Source of the DNA: Pocillopora damicornis
Lineage: Eukaryota
Direction of reading: 5' to 3'
Assembly (NCBI RefSeq): GCF_003704095.1
Contig: NW_020846737.1
Location: forward strand, 310,001-374,000
DNA: 64,000 nt
The notes beneath the pieces are model-generated. The model ran no database searches, had not been told where the DNA came from, and saw only the letters and a program-made list of their open reading frames with translations. Positions 1 through 12,707 of the stretch are shown piece after piece. How positions within the stretch are numbered: position 1 is the first letter of the stretch; the number at the start of each line of letters is the position of its first letter. The position numbers were made by a program, and so were the translations under genes.

Positions 1-249
1 TGCTGACATTCGCAAGGAGAAAGTGTTTGATTGAAGACAACACTGCAAATAGTTAGTTTCACGCTCCAGATCTGACAAACAGTTACGCGTCATCACGTAC
101 TTTGTAAAATAAAGTTTCTGAAAAAAAGGACAACTGGCATCATAAAAGCCATTGAATTGAGTAATCGCGAAAGAAAATTCTATACTCGACACTCCACCAA
201 CTTTTATATTCAACCCACGCAATTACGTGTTTGGAGTCGATTAAGGGAG

Positions 250-2050
250 GTTTCCAGATGGAATATGCGTCCGCTTGGACATCTCTGATCTTTCGTGCCT
301 AGAATTTGAACCGGATGGGCTCCCAGCTGGTATCAACGGAAAAATCGATCAATTTGAAAATTTAGGGCCACCGGTAAACACATTATAAACAATTTTATTC
401 ACCCATTTGGTTCAATAACCATCTCCTTCTGTGATAACAAACTGTCCAACCTACAACACTGTAAAATAGAAACAAGTGACAAAGCGTTCTTCATGGCAAA
501 ATAATCAATTTTAGAAGCAAATGGGAATAGAAAGCATGCAAGATTCTTTAAATCCAGGGATCTTGCGGAAAATTCATTGATTACTACACCGCTAATCGTT
601 TTCTCGGTAATGCCAATGTAACGTTTATCTCGTATATTCTCGCCTAAATATTAAAGCTGTGGGCTGTGTAATTTTAAAACGTCACAATGATGCAATGAAA
701 CAATTAGAGCTGAAAAATACTCTTTTAAAAAACATGTTTTTGTCGAGTCATAATTTCAATGCGTAACTTCACCTTCCATAAATCAAATGGAAAACATCTA
801 GGTGAAATTGAACCTCCTAAAATTAAGGATTATTTAAATTTGTCGTAAACAGGATACATTTTGTTGACTTATAACGACTCATCTTGAATCACGAATATTT
901 GTTTTGAGAATTTGCTGGATTTTCAGCTGTTGTTCGAGTTCATGATAGTAGACGCACCTATTGCAGTCTTGCAAAACCACATTAGAAACTTTGAATTAGT
1001 CAATAACTCATAATCTACATCCGGTAAAATTCCCTTCTAAACAATCTCTCCGTAGGCAAAAATGGGTGGGTACTGACTTTTTTTTAAGCAGAAACTATAA
1101 TAAATATGGAAAAGGTTGGTGATGTCAGGCTACAACTATTTATTTATTTCAATAGGGTGTGTTGGCGCTTTAAAGAGGTACATGGAGCTACTTTTCATGA
1201 CTCGGGAAATACTGATGTTTTCAAAGAAGATATCTGCCCAAGGAGATAACATTCTAGGTCATTAATAGGGCTGGACCACGACATAGCTACACGTGTCCAT
1301 GCACATACTGACAACCTGATGAAAGGTTTCATTAAAAGGACGGAGGAGGGTAATAATTAAACACAGAAGAAATTAATACACAATCTATCCGGACACCACT
1401 AGATTCCTTATTAGAGTTTTTTTTTTACATAAATGGATTTGGTTATAGAAACTGTTTTGATTGTGACACAAGATGTCAAGGGTTTATCAAGAGCACGGCA
1501 AGGTAAAAATATATCGATGTTCTATAGGATTCGAGACCAAGCTAAGAAATTTTGCATTTGTATGTTCCCCTGCCTGCGCCAAACGCTCGCTTGGAGGTAA
1601 ACTAGCGAAAAAGTGAGTGCGCGAAAGACTTCTTCAGCGCAGATAGAGTAAAAATGGATGGAGCTTAAATGGAGAGCCGGTTTTATTTCATAAAGATGTC
1701 ATGCCATTTTCCTTCTTATTCCTAATAGTAATAACCATGGGGAGATGGGATTTTCATTCTCCTCCCATAGGAAAAGCTCGCCGGGCCCCTTCTATTGCGG
1801 CTGTCATAAGCGATATGATTCAGGGATGACTGAAAGTTGAAATAAATCAACCAAAATAATTTATCCCAGTCGTGTTTTCTAGGAATAAAACAGTTGTTGT
1901 AAACTTGTCCCACTTTTAATCAAAGGATCTCCATATTTTATACCAAAAATTGTTTCTAAGAGACAAGAGACTAGTTTAAAACCTTTTAGCAGTATTGAAC
2001 CTAGGTCCGTTTAATGAAGCCGATTGTCTTAAACAGGAAATTTATTTTTT
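250..2050 (+). pseudogene. Possible decayed LRR-LRRCT-TM receptor gene
   Basis: FKSRDLAENSLITTPLIVFSVMPM* (547-621), GYILLTYNDSS*ITNICFENLLDFQLL (852-932), LRRCT-like YRNCFDCD (1444-1467) and CAKRSLGGKL (1575-1604), then a hydrophobic stretch at 1700-1763. Many stops and frameshifts; read by eye only. Confidence 0.35.
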
Positions 2051-2246
2051 ATATCGATGACGAGTCAGGTGGTGAAGTTTAACCCCAAACACCGCACACA
2101 GATTTTTTTTTTCATTACGTAGTCGATGGCCCGTCCGAAAGATAGCACTAGCTGACTTTTTTCCACTGATCGCTTGAAATCATTCTTTGATGGCGTTCAG
2201 TGTCAGTTATTGACGATGAGGAACATTGCAGAGATTGTTTGTGTGT

Positions 2247-2458
2247 TTAACCCTTTTACTCCCAAGATCTCGATAGTAATTCTCCTTACTTTCTGCCATA
2301 CAACTCATATGATGTTTGTTTGAAGAATTTGGTCTTGGATCAACTAATTGTCCCCTAATTGATATTTGTGATTATTCTCATCACTTGTCTTCTTAGTATT
2401 GTATTGATATTGTAAGGAGAAATTCTGTCTTGGTCACTCATGGGAGTTGAAGGGTTAA
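2247..2458. mobile_element. piggyBac-type MITE (~210 bp)
   Basis: TTAA|CCCTTTTACTCCCA...TGGGAGTTGAAGGG|TTAA: TTAA target duplication and CCC/GGG termini. A close copy lies at 9187-9398. Confidence 0.8.
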
Positions 2459-4859
2459 AACACTTTTCTTTTAGGTTTTGCTTTAATTATGAATTAAATT
2501 TTCAAGATTTTAACTTATCGAAACCACTGAAAAAAGCTTAAATATCACAATCGCAACGTGAACAATGCTGTTTAAAGTGAAACCGGGAAAAATGCAGCAA
2601 ATGTTACAGAACGAAATGTAAATTAAGTATATTTTTCAAAACAAAAACGAGATGTATTTTGACCTCGCATTATGACTAAACGTAATTGCCTATTAATCAA
2701 CTTGTTTTCTAAGTTAAAGGCTGACAGGAAATTCCATATGAGCGTCAGTTCTTACTTCATCTCTGTCAACAGGGTGATTTAAAGAGTGCTCTTTGGACTT
2801 CACTAACTTCGCTCTTTTTACGTTACTAACTATGCGCAAAATCTCCTTAAAACGTACTACAGCGCCAAAATTTTATGGTAAATAAGACCTCGAGGAATTG
2901 TCAGCATGTGCGAAAGTTTGAGGCCACTAAAGCCAGAAATCGCCCCTCACTCCGAATACGAAAACCACAATCTTCAACGAGAATTCCTTTGTCAACGCTA
3001 CATTTAATTTAAATTGACTTTACACAAATAATTAATGTTTAAATCTCCGGAAACGTTCTCAAAAGGAAAAAACACCTCCCACAAAGGTAATAAACAAGTG
3101 TATGTGACTGGAATTCTCAATGAGATGTATTTTTGTTCGAGGATTTTTAAGCTTTTAATATCCTTCAGAATAAGATGCTACTTAAACTTAACCGCTCTCG
3201 AGGAAGGGCCAACACTGAGGTACCTCGCCGAATTAAGGGTCAATCAGTGGCTGACTATTGTCGTGTTTTATTCCGTCAAATAATTACGAATTATTTACGA
3301 CAATGACTACGCGTTTGTTAAACAAACGTTTGTTATACTCAAAATTAGCTTTTTCATCGCAATGAGTATGCAAATTTGCGACAGCTTAGGTTCTCTTAGT
3401 TGCTAGGAAAACTAGAAAAAAATAAACGGTAGCTTTTTCATTTTGTGTACCGTTTGTACGTTGTTGTGGACGTATTTGTGAAAATCATGGTTGTACTGAT
3501 CAAAGTAACACTTTATTCCGTCAAATATTTCACAGAGTTTTAATGATATTAACCCTGAGTTTTTGATTGATCGAGTAAGTTTGACCTCAATTAGCTTTTT
3601 ATGGTCAACAGAGCTTCTCGGTTACTGCAAAAACTAAAAGAATGAACATCAGCCCCGTAGTTAAAACTTACCTAAGTGAAAATCAAGGCAGGGTGGAGTG
3701 ATAACAGTCTTTGGGGTGAAAAAGCTTCTATGAGTTGAAAGAATGTGCGGTCGCTAATTGCATGAAACAACTTGTAAAACTCCACCTTTTTTTTTGTTTT
3801 TGTTTTTTTTGTTTCATTTATGACGTCATAAATGGACTCTGAACTGTTTGTGAGTTGCGCGAGCAAAAATTGTTTCTTGTTTCAGTGTAATGGGATTTCT
3901 TATTCTGACAAAAAAAAAAAAAAAAACCTTAAACAGTATCACTGTAAGACGACGAACAATCGAGAATACTTTAGAATAACTCGGCCATAAAACGAATTTG
4001 CAATCAAATCTAGCGTAAGAAGTTTCAAAGCCACAGCAAGATTTCACCGCGCACTGCTCGGTGCCTTAAAAGGAATGGTATTATTGTGTCAAGCCAACTC
4101 AACTTGCACGTGCGGTACAACATATTTTTCATATTGTTTTTTTTAAAATTAAATTGAGTCTCAAATAACGGGGTTAATGGACAGTCAAGTAAACAAAAAA
4201 CACTTAATTTTTCAACTTTCTCTTTTTTTCAAGATTTCATTTCTTTGAAATCGCTTCGAAGACGGGAACATTCAGGAAATATTTCAGCTGAAAACTGTAC
4301 GTTTATCGTTGAAACAATATTACGATTTTGAAAACTAAATAGGAAATGGTTTGCAGCCTTCTTGCTAGTTATATTGATTTATAAATTCCACTAGTAGAGT
4401 GGATAAAAAATTCAAAAGATCGGACCAGAAACGGAGAGTGACTGAAAAAATAAAAACAAAAACAAGAAAAAAACACCATCTCAAATTTACGTTAAGTGAT
4501 GTTTATCTGATAAAATCTGATCGATTTAAAAGCCGATTGAGGCTTAAGTAGGTTACGATTAAAAGCTTTTAAAACACTTTGACTTCCTTAAATTCAATCT
4601 TACGATTGAGATAAACCAGAGAAATATTATCATGATAAACCCACCGAAGCAATTATAAAGTAAAAATCGTGCTCGCGACCGCACCTTAGGTGAAAATGGT
4701 ATCTGTGAACGCATGCCAAATATTTAGGGCTTTAATTATATTTGACTGAATTAAGTGAAAGGCTGCTCTTATCTGTGGTTTTTGAGATAAGAATAAAGAC
4801 TAATTCAACCATAAATAGTATCACGTTTACTACCGACCCAGAAGGTCGCCCAGTTATTA

Positions 4860-7250
4860 CGGCGGCAAATCTTCACAAACATCACCGCGCATAACGTTTT
4901 AAACCGTTCTTGTTTACTTTTGGTTTCCATATATTTTTACCCACAATAAAATGAAACGGTTTCAAAAGACCCCAGCAAAAGTTCTCTCGTTTTATTTAGG
5001 GTGTATATCAAATACTATGGTTTATCACCCTTTAAACGGGGCTCTCAACCTATATCGGTATATTGCGGGAGTTCTTAAAAATAACAGTTTTGGTGCGCAA
5101 CTGCCAATGTCTAGGCAGCATGAACTGTTTCATAGACTAACTTTTTTTATCGTAATGCTTTAAGTATGACAAAAGGCAACTAAAAATCTTTCTCACCTGA
5201 TGCATCGACGACCCTATCTGTTCTTGAATAAGTATTTTAACCCCCATAATGAGAAACTCATTTTAAGCCGATTCACTCCGTCTAAAATAAATTATACACA
5301 TCGTTTTAAAAGCGTTTCAATTTTGTCAACTTTTCCTCCACCGCATCATAAAAACAACGTCCCTCCTACTTCTTTTATTGCACCACTCTTTCTATACAGA
5401 AAATATTTATTGGGGATCTTAAAAAATTGTGAACATTAACAAAGCTTGACCACAACACTAGGAACTGCGTTCCCAGCTCTTTGCGAGAAGTGCGTGGGTT
5501 CTTTATCGTCCACTGCTAACCAGTACAGAGAAGCTCACGGTTTATCGTCCTTAGCCAAGAATGTGATACCAAAAGAAGTATTGTTTGCGTGGTGGTGAAT
5601 TCTTCGGTCGGCACGCTAGCGAAACGCAGTGACACTTTTCATTAATACGTAGAAGATGAGTTACGAGCATGATTTACCGCAGTAATTAATTCAGTTCAAC
5701 AGCCCTTTCGAACTAAACAGAAAATAAGCTCTTTTTTCAGCCGTTTTATTTCATTTGTCTCAAGACCTTGCGATTGATATCTGCTAGAGCAATAAATTAA
5801 ATAAACAGAGGGGTTAAAAAGAAGGAAAATCACGATTCACATTCCTAACGAGCCTGTCGGCCATAGTAAACGCTGTCATTTTCTCCTTGTGCACGGGATC
5901 CTCCCACGCGCTAATTACACTCCGTAAAGATGGATTTTCAGTGCCATGCACGTTTTACCGTTCGTAAAAAGGACGTAAATTAAGCCAGCTGGGAGATGCA
6001 CAAAACAACCTGATCCCACGTGGTGCAATAATGATTTGATTGATTGATTGCTGCATCACGAGGGAATCTCAAAGGTCTCCGCGATTTCTTGTACTAACTC
6101 TTTCATCAAGTGGATTCGAAAAGCCAATAACTTTCATCACTAAGTTTTTCCCTACGTCACTTCTGCTAAAAATGTTCGGAACTTTGCTCCTCACTAATCG
6201 ACGTACGTAGGTTTGATGCTGCGCAGTTTGACTTGTACTGTGACTGGCATTCCTGTTTGTGCGACAATAAGACTTTGAGGCCTTGCAATCTTTGCTCATG
6301 GATTTTCTGTGTATGTGTGAATAGGTACGCTGCTTTCACAAGATTACTTGACAGTTTTCAAGGAGTATATCACCACATTCATGGATTTTTATTCTTCTCT
6401 GTGTTCAATTTTATAATGCATCAATTCAGTGTCCGTTATACAGAAAGAGTTTATAGGATTTCTTGATCGGCCTTACTCTAATTAAAAAAAGTTTCCAACG
6501 TCGCTTTTCTCTTCTATTTGCAAAAGCGAGGGCGGGACACTTCAAAAATAGAAAATACGTGGGAACGCTGTCTCCGAATTTTCCGCATTCGGAGACAGAA
6601 TCTTCGATTAAACCTCACAAAAATGGTGTCAGCAGAAAGGTAAAACAAGGGGTATGAATGTTGCAACATTCTTTTAGTTATGTTGCTGCTTCAGTCCTTT
6701 GCAACAGGAAATAACTGTCCAGACTGGAAATAACTGTTCACAAACTTTTCACGGTTGTTTCATCACAAAATAAGACCACACTCTTCGCCACCAGCGTACT
6801 GATGACCCTCTTAGGAAATCGGAAGACTCACGAAAAGCTTGTTGACAGTACTAGTTCTCCCACTGACATCCTACGTCGAGAGCCCATTGCTCCTGCCTGC
6901 GTGAGTTATTACGCACGTAAAACGATAGAAGATGCGGTCTGTTGTTTAATCCATATATGGTTAGAACAGAAAGAAGCTAAGGGATGCATGAAAAAGAAAA
7001 ATAAAGTTTTAAAACAAAACATAGAATACCTTTCATTGGCTCAGCGTGGTAGAGAGAGCAGAAGTTGCCTGCAGTATATTATAAAATGTAAATACTCTCT
7101 TACCAATTCTTTCGAGTTGAATTTGGAAATGTGAGGAAGCACTACGTTAACAAAAGTAACTAAGGTTTTAGACAACATTCAACTCAAGTGAATTAGACAA
7201 CTATGTTTGACTTTCCCGGTCGAGTAAATGTAACGAGTCGATACAGTAGA
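4860..7250 (+). pseudogene. Possible decayed Toll-like receptor gene (LRR-like, Cys cap, TM-like, TIR-like)
   Basis: ORF 6802-7134 has TIR-spaced anchors ACVSY..LEQKEAKGC..ESRSCLQYII..FELNL but lacks the RDxxPG box. It is preceded by NILLVMLLLQSFA (6665-6703) and FDLYCDWHSCLCD (6227-6265). Confidence 0.35.
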
Positions 7251-7883
7251 CTGCGTCCAATAAAAACCCAATAGTTTGACATCGTACTAGAAAAAAAGTA
7301 AAAATTTGAGTCATCTCATAACCCATTAAAATAAAGAAATTCGAAAGGATGGGTCAAGAATGAGTTAAAATTCGGCCGGAATGTACTGGCCTTTTCTGGA
7401 CTTTAAGTGAATAGAAATGTAGTTTCCGCAACCTTCAGCTACTGAATCGTGAGTTGAATAACAAAAGGACCAGTCTTGGTGGGATTATTAAAAAAGCTAC
7501 AGAACCATTTTACAGTCAATTTTGGCCTTTGAATACAGTAAACCCAACCCTGAAATATTCGTGGGTTCTCAAAGATTGACAGGGATAAGTTGAAATATCC
7601 TGAGAAATCTCGAGTGTTATCTTAAGAATCTTGCATATCTTTGAAATATTGTAACTTTTTTTAATGAAGTGAAATGCAATTAAGAATACCAAACTTCCTC
7701 GATCAAACTTCTTTTCCTTCAAAATATTAGTGTCCAAAAATAAATTTTTTCATCGAACAAAATGAAAGTAAACGCTGCAGAAATCTACAATGAACACATG
7801 CAAGTTGCATTAATGCGCCCTCTCCTGGCAGCGCTAAAAAATCCATCTCACAATCTCTCCCAAATCTTTCTTTTTTTCCTCAA

Positions 7884-10800
7884 TCACACGCGCATTACTT
7901 CTGTAATATTTCTCCAAATTCCAATGTAATATGGTGTACTAGTCCTCGGAGATGGCAATTTTTCGGTAGCTACTACATCATTAGTCGAAGTTCTTGACGA
8001 GGTTTCTTTGTTACGGGTTAAAGTCCTTCGTCTCGTCGTTCGTATCATTGTTTTCTCAGTCTGAGACGAGACGATTTTTGACTGCCGAGATAACTTTGGG
8101 TGGGATTTACCATAATAATGACGTTTGTAAAATTCATTCGTGGTCTGATTTGTAAGAACAAGGTAGAAATGAAATAAGGAGAACCCTGTCATGGCCACAC
8201 CAAAGAACAAAACAACAAGGAAAAGTATTGCCAGCAAGGGTTGCCGAACCAGCAAATACTGCAAGGAAAAGATAAAAGGAGTTACTGCTGCAGCAATTTC
8301 TGTCGTTGCAAAAATTTTCAAGAGATTGACGAAAGTTATTCAGGGTTGCTCTGGTTTTGCTTTAATTCGCTTTGTAATTGGTCTAGAAAACACGCGCCAC
8401 TTTCTCAGCCAATCAGATCTGACACTAAGGTCATTTCGTGGTTTGGCGCTTCGGGTAGTTTCCAAGTTTTTACCCCGAGGTCTCATTTTCTGCTCGTGTT
8501 AATGGTAGCAGAAAATTGGTATGCAGGGAAATTTGATGAATTTCTAGTGGCTGATGGTGATGGGATGCATTCTACCTAAAGGTGTCCCCAAGGGTATAAA
8601 TGAGTAGGGTTGAACTGTAGGGAAAGGCTGACAAAATGCAGGGGAATACCCTGTTAGGGGCCAATCCCTCAGATGAAATATTATTCCCAGATGTTTCATG
8701 CTAAAGAGGCCAGAATAAGTTCCAACAGCTATGCAAGTTGGCCTCAGGCACAAGATTTATCTATAATCTACTCTTCATCATGAAGTTCTGTTCATGATAT
8801 AATGTAGAGGGGTATGCAGTGGATCTTGTATGACAATGTAAATTATACAATTTTAATATGAGTTACCTGGGTTAAAAATCTGATTCCTACTGGATAATGC
8901 TTTCCATCATAGGCCTCATAATTCATGGTGATCAGGCCTTTTGAGAGCACAATATAACCAAACACAACTGCTGTCACAAGTGTCCCATACACGCAAAGTA
9001 TTGCAGTACTTATGATGAAACACAAGAAGAACTTGTAGTTTTTCTTTCCAATGCAATTGTTCACCCAGGAGCAGTGATGGTCAAAACGACTCACACACAC
9101 ATCACATAGAGCTGTTGAAGTAAAATAATGGAGTCACCAGAACATGTCAATGGTTAAAAGCATAACTGGGGTGATGTCAGGCTGTATTAACCCTTTAACT
9201 CCCAAGATCTCATAAGTAATCCTCCTTACTGTCTGCCATACAATTCTTGTTATGTTGATTTTGAGAAATTGGCATTTGATCAACTTATGATTCCCTAATT
9301 GATATTTTTCTTTATTCTCATCATTTGTCTGCCTGGTATTGTATTGATATTGTAAGGAGAAACTCTGTCTTGGTCTCTCATGGGAAATAAAGGGTTAAAC
9401 AGGGTTTTCTCTCAATTTGTAATAATATACAAGAAAAAATTGCAAATGTCTGATAAGCTGAAAATGAGTGCATTTTTCATGTAAATTGAGTGCAAAGTCT
9501 TAACAGGAGTGCAAACAATAAAAATTTTATGTCAAAATTATGTCCATGTAGATATTCTGTAATGCTTTTTTTCACATAAATCATTAAAAAGTGACAACAT
9601 GATTTTGAGTGCAATGTGGTGTCAATAAGCATAAGTAAGTTTAGTTGTCTTTGAAAAATTTACTTGCACTTATTAACACAAAATTGTACTCAAAATCTCA
9701 TTGTTATCTACACAAACAGGCTGCTGTTGCCATCATAGATGGCCTAATGCTGAGCAAGCTGGACTCCAGGTGAAGAGGTGTTGATTCAAACCCTTACCCT
9801 GTCATGTTGTTGTGATCTTAGGTAAGACACTCAACTCTCTACACCTTGACATCAATATGGTTATTCTCCAAACTTTCCTCTCTACATTTCTTGTCATACA
9901 TGGGGAGAATTTGTTTCAAACAGTCAAGAGCCTCTTAAGAAGAGGGGGTGAGGGCACTGGGGTCATTAGAAAATGCAAAACCATAGAAATCCAAAATTGC
10001 AAAACCAAAAAAAATTTGATCAAAAGCCAAAAACCCTATGCAAAACCATCAAAACCGATAAATTTTCACATCCCAGTTGTCAAAACCCTAATCGATCCAC
10101 AACAGTGGTGACAAGTGGAGCATACAGAGGTTTTGAAACTATTCCAGATCAGTAGAGGCCCATAATTGCCACTCAGATCAAAGAGAAACTGGAACCCAAA
10201 TAGGAAAAACCAAAAACCACATAGATATTAAATCTGAAAACCTATTAGCATTTTTCACAAAAACCGCAAACCAAATGCTAAAAAATAGAAAATATGCAAA
10301 CTGCGTGAACACCAAAACTGAAAAACTGAAGTTTTTTGACACAACAATTGAAAAACCAATCTTAAAAATAGTCAAAACTGCAAAAGTGAAAATCCCAATG
10401 CCCCCCACCCCAGATAATGGTGATCAATTCCTTTGTTCTTAGACCATTTGGTTCAAAAGCAGACTTGAATTTTTTTGTTTTCCCAGATATTAGTTGGTAT
10501 TAAGTTTTACAGCCAATCAACATGCATGGCTGAACCTCTTAACCCAGAGTCCAGCATGCTAGCATCCAAGCCACCACATCTCCCACACACTCTTTTGGCA
10601 CCTGTATGTAGTTTCAGATAGTGTCAAATAATTAATAACAACCTGGCTTGAACTTGATGTTTTAAAGAGACTACTGGGAAGTAATAGTTAAGTACATATC
10701 AACAATTAATGTACTTACAGCAATGTTTTGATCTTGCTGGCTTAATAAACTTGCATGTAGAACACTCTTGTGTTGTGTAATATACACCATCAGGGTTATA

Positions 10801-11982
10801 GTCATTCATGTACTCAGTGTGATTTGTCACTTTTATCACACCAGGATCATGTGTACAACAAACCAAAAACAGCATCACATTGATGGCTATAAGAATATAT
10901 GTAACAATGCTAAATGTATTCATTTTGTCAAAGTAAGGAATGACTTTGAAGCTGTAGATAGCAGTCCCTCCACTCATAAGGAAGCCATAAAGAAGCTGAA
11001 TACAAGGATTTCTAGAAAGAGACAAAATTAGATTATCTGAAATGAAAGTTTACAAAGTTATCAATTCAAAACACTCTTAATGTCAGCTTTAGAACTTCTC
11101 TACCAATTCCCACCATTTATCATTTGATAAAATTCATTATCTAACGGGTAAAAAGTCTGGAGAAGAAATACAGCAACATCCACTACAAAAAACAGTTCAA
11201 GTTTCCTACCAGATGGTAATAGGCTTGTAATTTTTCAAATGTAAGTGTTATAACATGTGTGGCGTCAAAGGGAAGTGAAGAGAGGAAGGATTGACATTAG
11301 AATGAGACTGCAGTATGCAGACAGTACGGCAGAACTCGTCGAGATCTCATGCATGCAAAAGGGATTCTGCCACGTGGAATGTACGTTTAAGTAAGACAGG
11401 AAGAAAATTGAGCACGCATCTGCCATGCTCTGCAGACAGGTGTTAAGAACAAGGAAGCTGTTACTCTCATGTCAGGCGACTGACTTGTCACGCGACTTTT
11501 AAAAGTCAAACACTACCTTGCTCCTAAATCAAAGCCTTTAAAATAACTTAGCATACCTTTTAAACAAGAGATAAGTTGTAGCACTTCTTATGATGCCAGT
11601 TAAAGCTGCTGGAACGCACTTTTCAAAAGTAGACTTCGTCAAATGGGAAACCTAAATTAAAGATAAATAACATTGCTTTAATTTCATGGACAAAGACATC
11701 TACGTGCTTACTCAACCAACAAAGGCATATCTGACACAATTCCGCAATTGCTTATTTCAATGATAATTGATTAGTTTTGCTTAGCGTTAAAAAAGACTTA
11801 ACTTCAGCTATATATAAGCGCAGAGGAGCTACACAAAAAGACAAGGCACTCACTGAAAACAATTTTCTTCGTAGAAAACCTACTAAACCAGTTCGATGAA
11901 AGTCAGTACTTCCAAAAAAAACTACATATGATAGGGTAACAAAAATTAAAGTATATATAAACGCCATGAAGAGAAAATCCAT
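7884..11982 (-). CDS. ZDHHC4: DHHC palmitoyltransferase, ZDHHC4/SWF1 type (378 aa, 5 exons)
   Basis: Exons 11854-11982, 11557-11651, 10719-11011, 8867-9111, 7884-8258; all GT-AG, phases consistent, 1137 nt total. DHHC-CRD: [40 protein letters not shown]; TTxE motif (NQTTNE). N-terminus [10 protein letters not shown] and YLLFKRNP resemble ZDHHC4. Confidence 0.9.
9187..9398. mobile_element. piggyBac-type MITE
   Basis: TTAA|CCCTTTAACTCCCAAGATCT...TAAAGGG|TTAA; internal sequence aligns with 2247-2458. Confidence 0.8.
9737..9846 (+). mobile_element. Degenerate tRNA-head SINE fragment
   Basis: TGGCCTAATGCTGAG (A-box-like), GATTCAAACCC (B-box-like), then GTTGTGATCTTAGGTAAGACACT. Related decayed pieces at ~8540-8750 and ~21350-21600. 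Confidence 0.5.
9944..10410. repeat. Repeat with iterated AAAACC(G) motifs and G-rich/C-rich ends (probable non-autonomous DNA element)
   Basis: Many AAAACC/AAAACT units; ends GGGGGTGAGGGCACTGGG ... CCCAATGCCCCCCACCC are imperfect inverted repeats. Confidence 0.5.
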
Positions 11983-12016
11983 CCTTTTCGACTTTGACAA
12001 AGCAGACGATTGCACA

Positions 12017-12034
12017 TCAGTCCGCATCCGCCAT
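12017..12034 (-). promoter_or_regulatory. Short upstream ORF (MADAD*) overlapping a YY1-type AAGATGGCGG motif in the ZDHHC4 leader
   Basis: Minus strand reads aacaaag ATG GCG GAT GCG GAC TGA, 52 nt upstream of and out of frame with the ZDHHC4 ATG. Whether it is transcribed is unknown. Confidence 0.5.
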
Positions 12035-12137
12035 CTTTGTTTACCGTTGGAAAATATTTGATGTATGGGTACATGTATGGTCCCGAAAACGACCACTGAC
12101 TATCCTGCGGGCTCAAAGATTATTGATTGTTTTTCAC

Positions 12138-12170
12138 GTTGTTATAGCAACTAACAATGAGCCAATCAGA
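12138..12170. promoter_or_regulatory. Divergent ZDHHC4/MEIG1 promoter with RFX X-box and CCAAT box
   Basis: GTTGTTATAGCAAC (12138-12151) resembles the palindromic X-box GTTGCCATGGCAAC; GAGCCAATCAG follows. A non-coding MEIG1 exon appears to end at donor AAG|GTAAGT (12275/12276), with the acceptor at 12695-12696. Confidence 0.65.
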
Positions 12171-12707
12171 AGGCAATCAGACATCTGTTGCATAGCGCGG
12201 ACAAAACAGTTTCAGACTGTTTATATCAGAGAGTTTTACGTTTGACTATCATTTTTGAAGACAAGGACTGTTAAGGTAAGTTCTTTCGCTTTGGTGTCCG
12301 CGATTTTTCCGAGAAATATTCGTTTCTTGGCGAATTACGTCCTCCAACAGAGTGCAATCAGATTGCATGATCTCCAATTTCCCCTATCGTGACGGAGATA
12401 TTGTACACGTTGCAAATTTTGTTTCAAGCAATTTTTTTGCTTTTCTGTTGCACTAGAATCGCATTTAAGCGAATATGAACATCGTTTCATTCCATTATTG
12501 GCTCTCTGTGTTCCTCACTAAGACTGCGGCTGATTTAAAACCACAGAACGGCTACGAAACTCAATTATCTCTTTGCCACAAGATTTCATCTCGTGCTCAA
12601 GGCAACTTGCCATCAAATATCAAAGAGAAGCCTTTTTTTCTTGTGGACACAAACCTTTTTCAACCAAATTATTAAAACATTCTTGTTTCCTTGTAGGATC
12701 AAACAAT

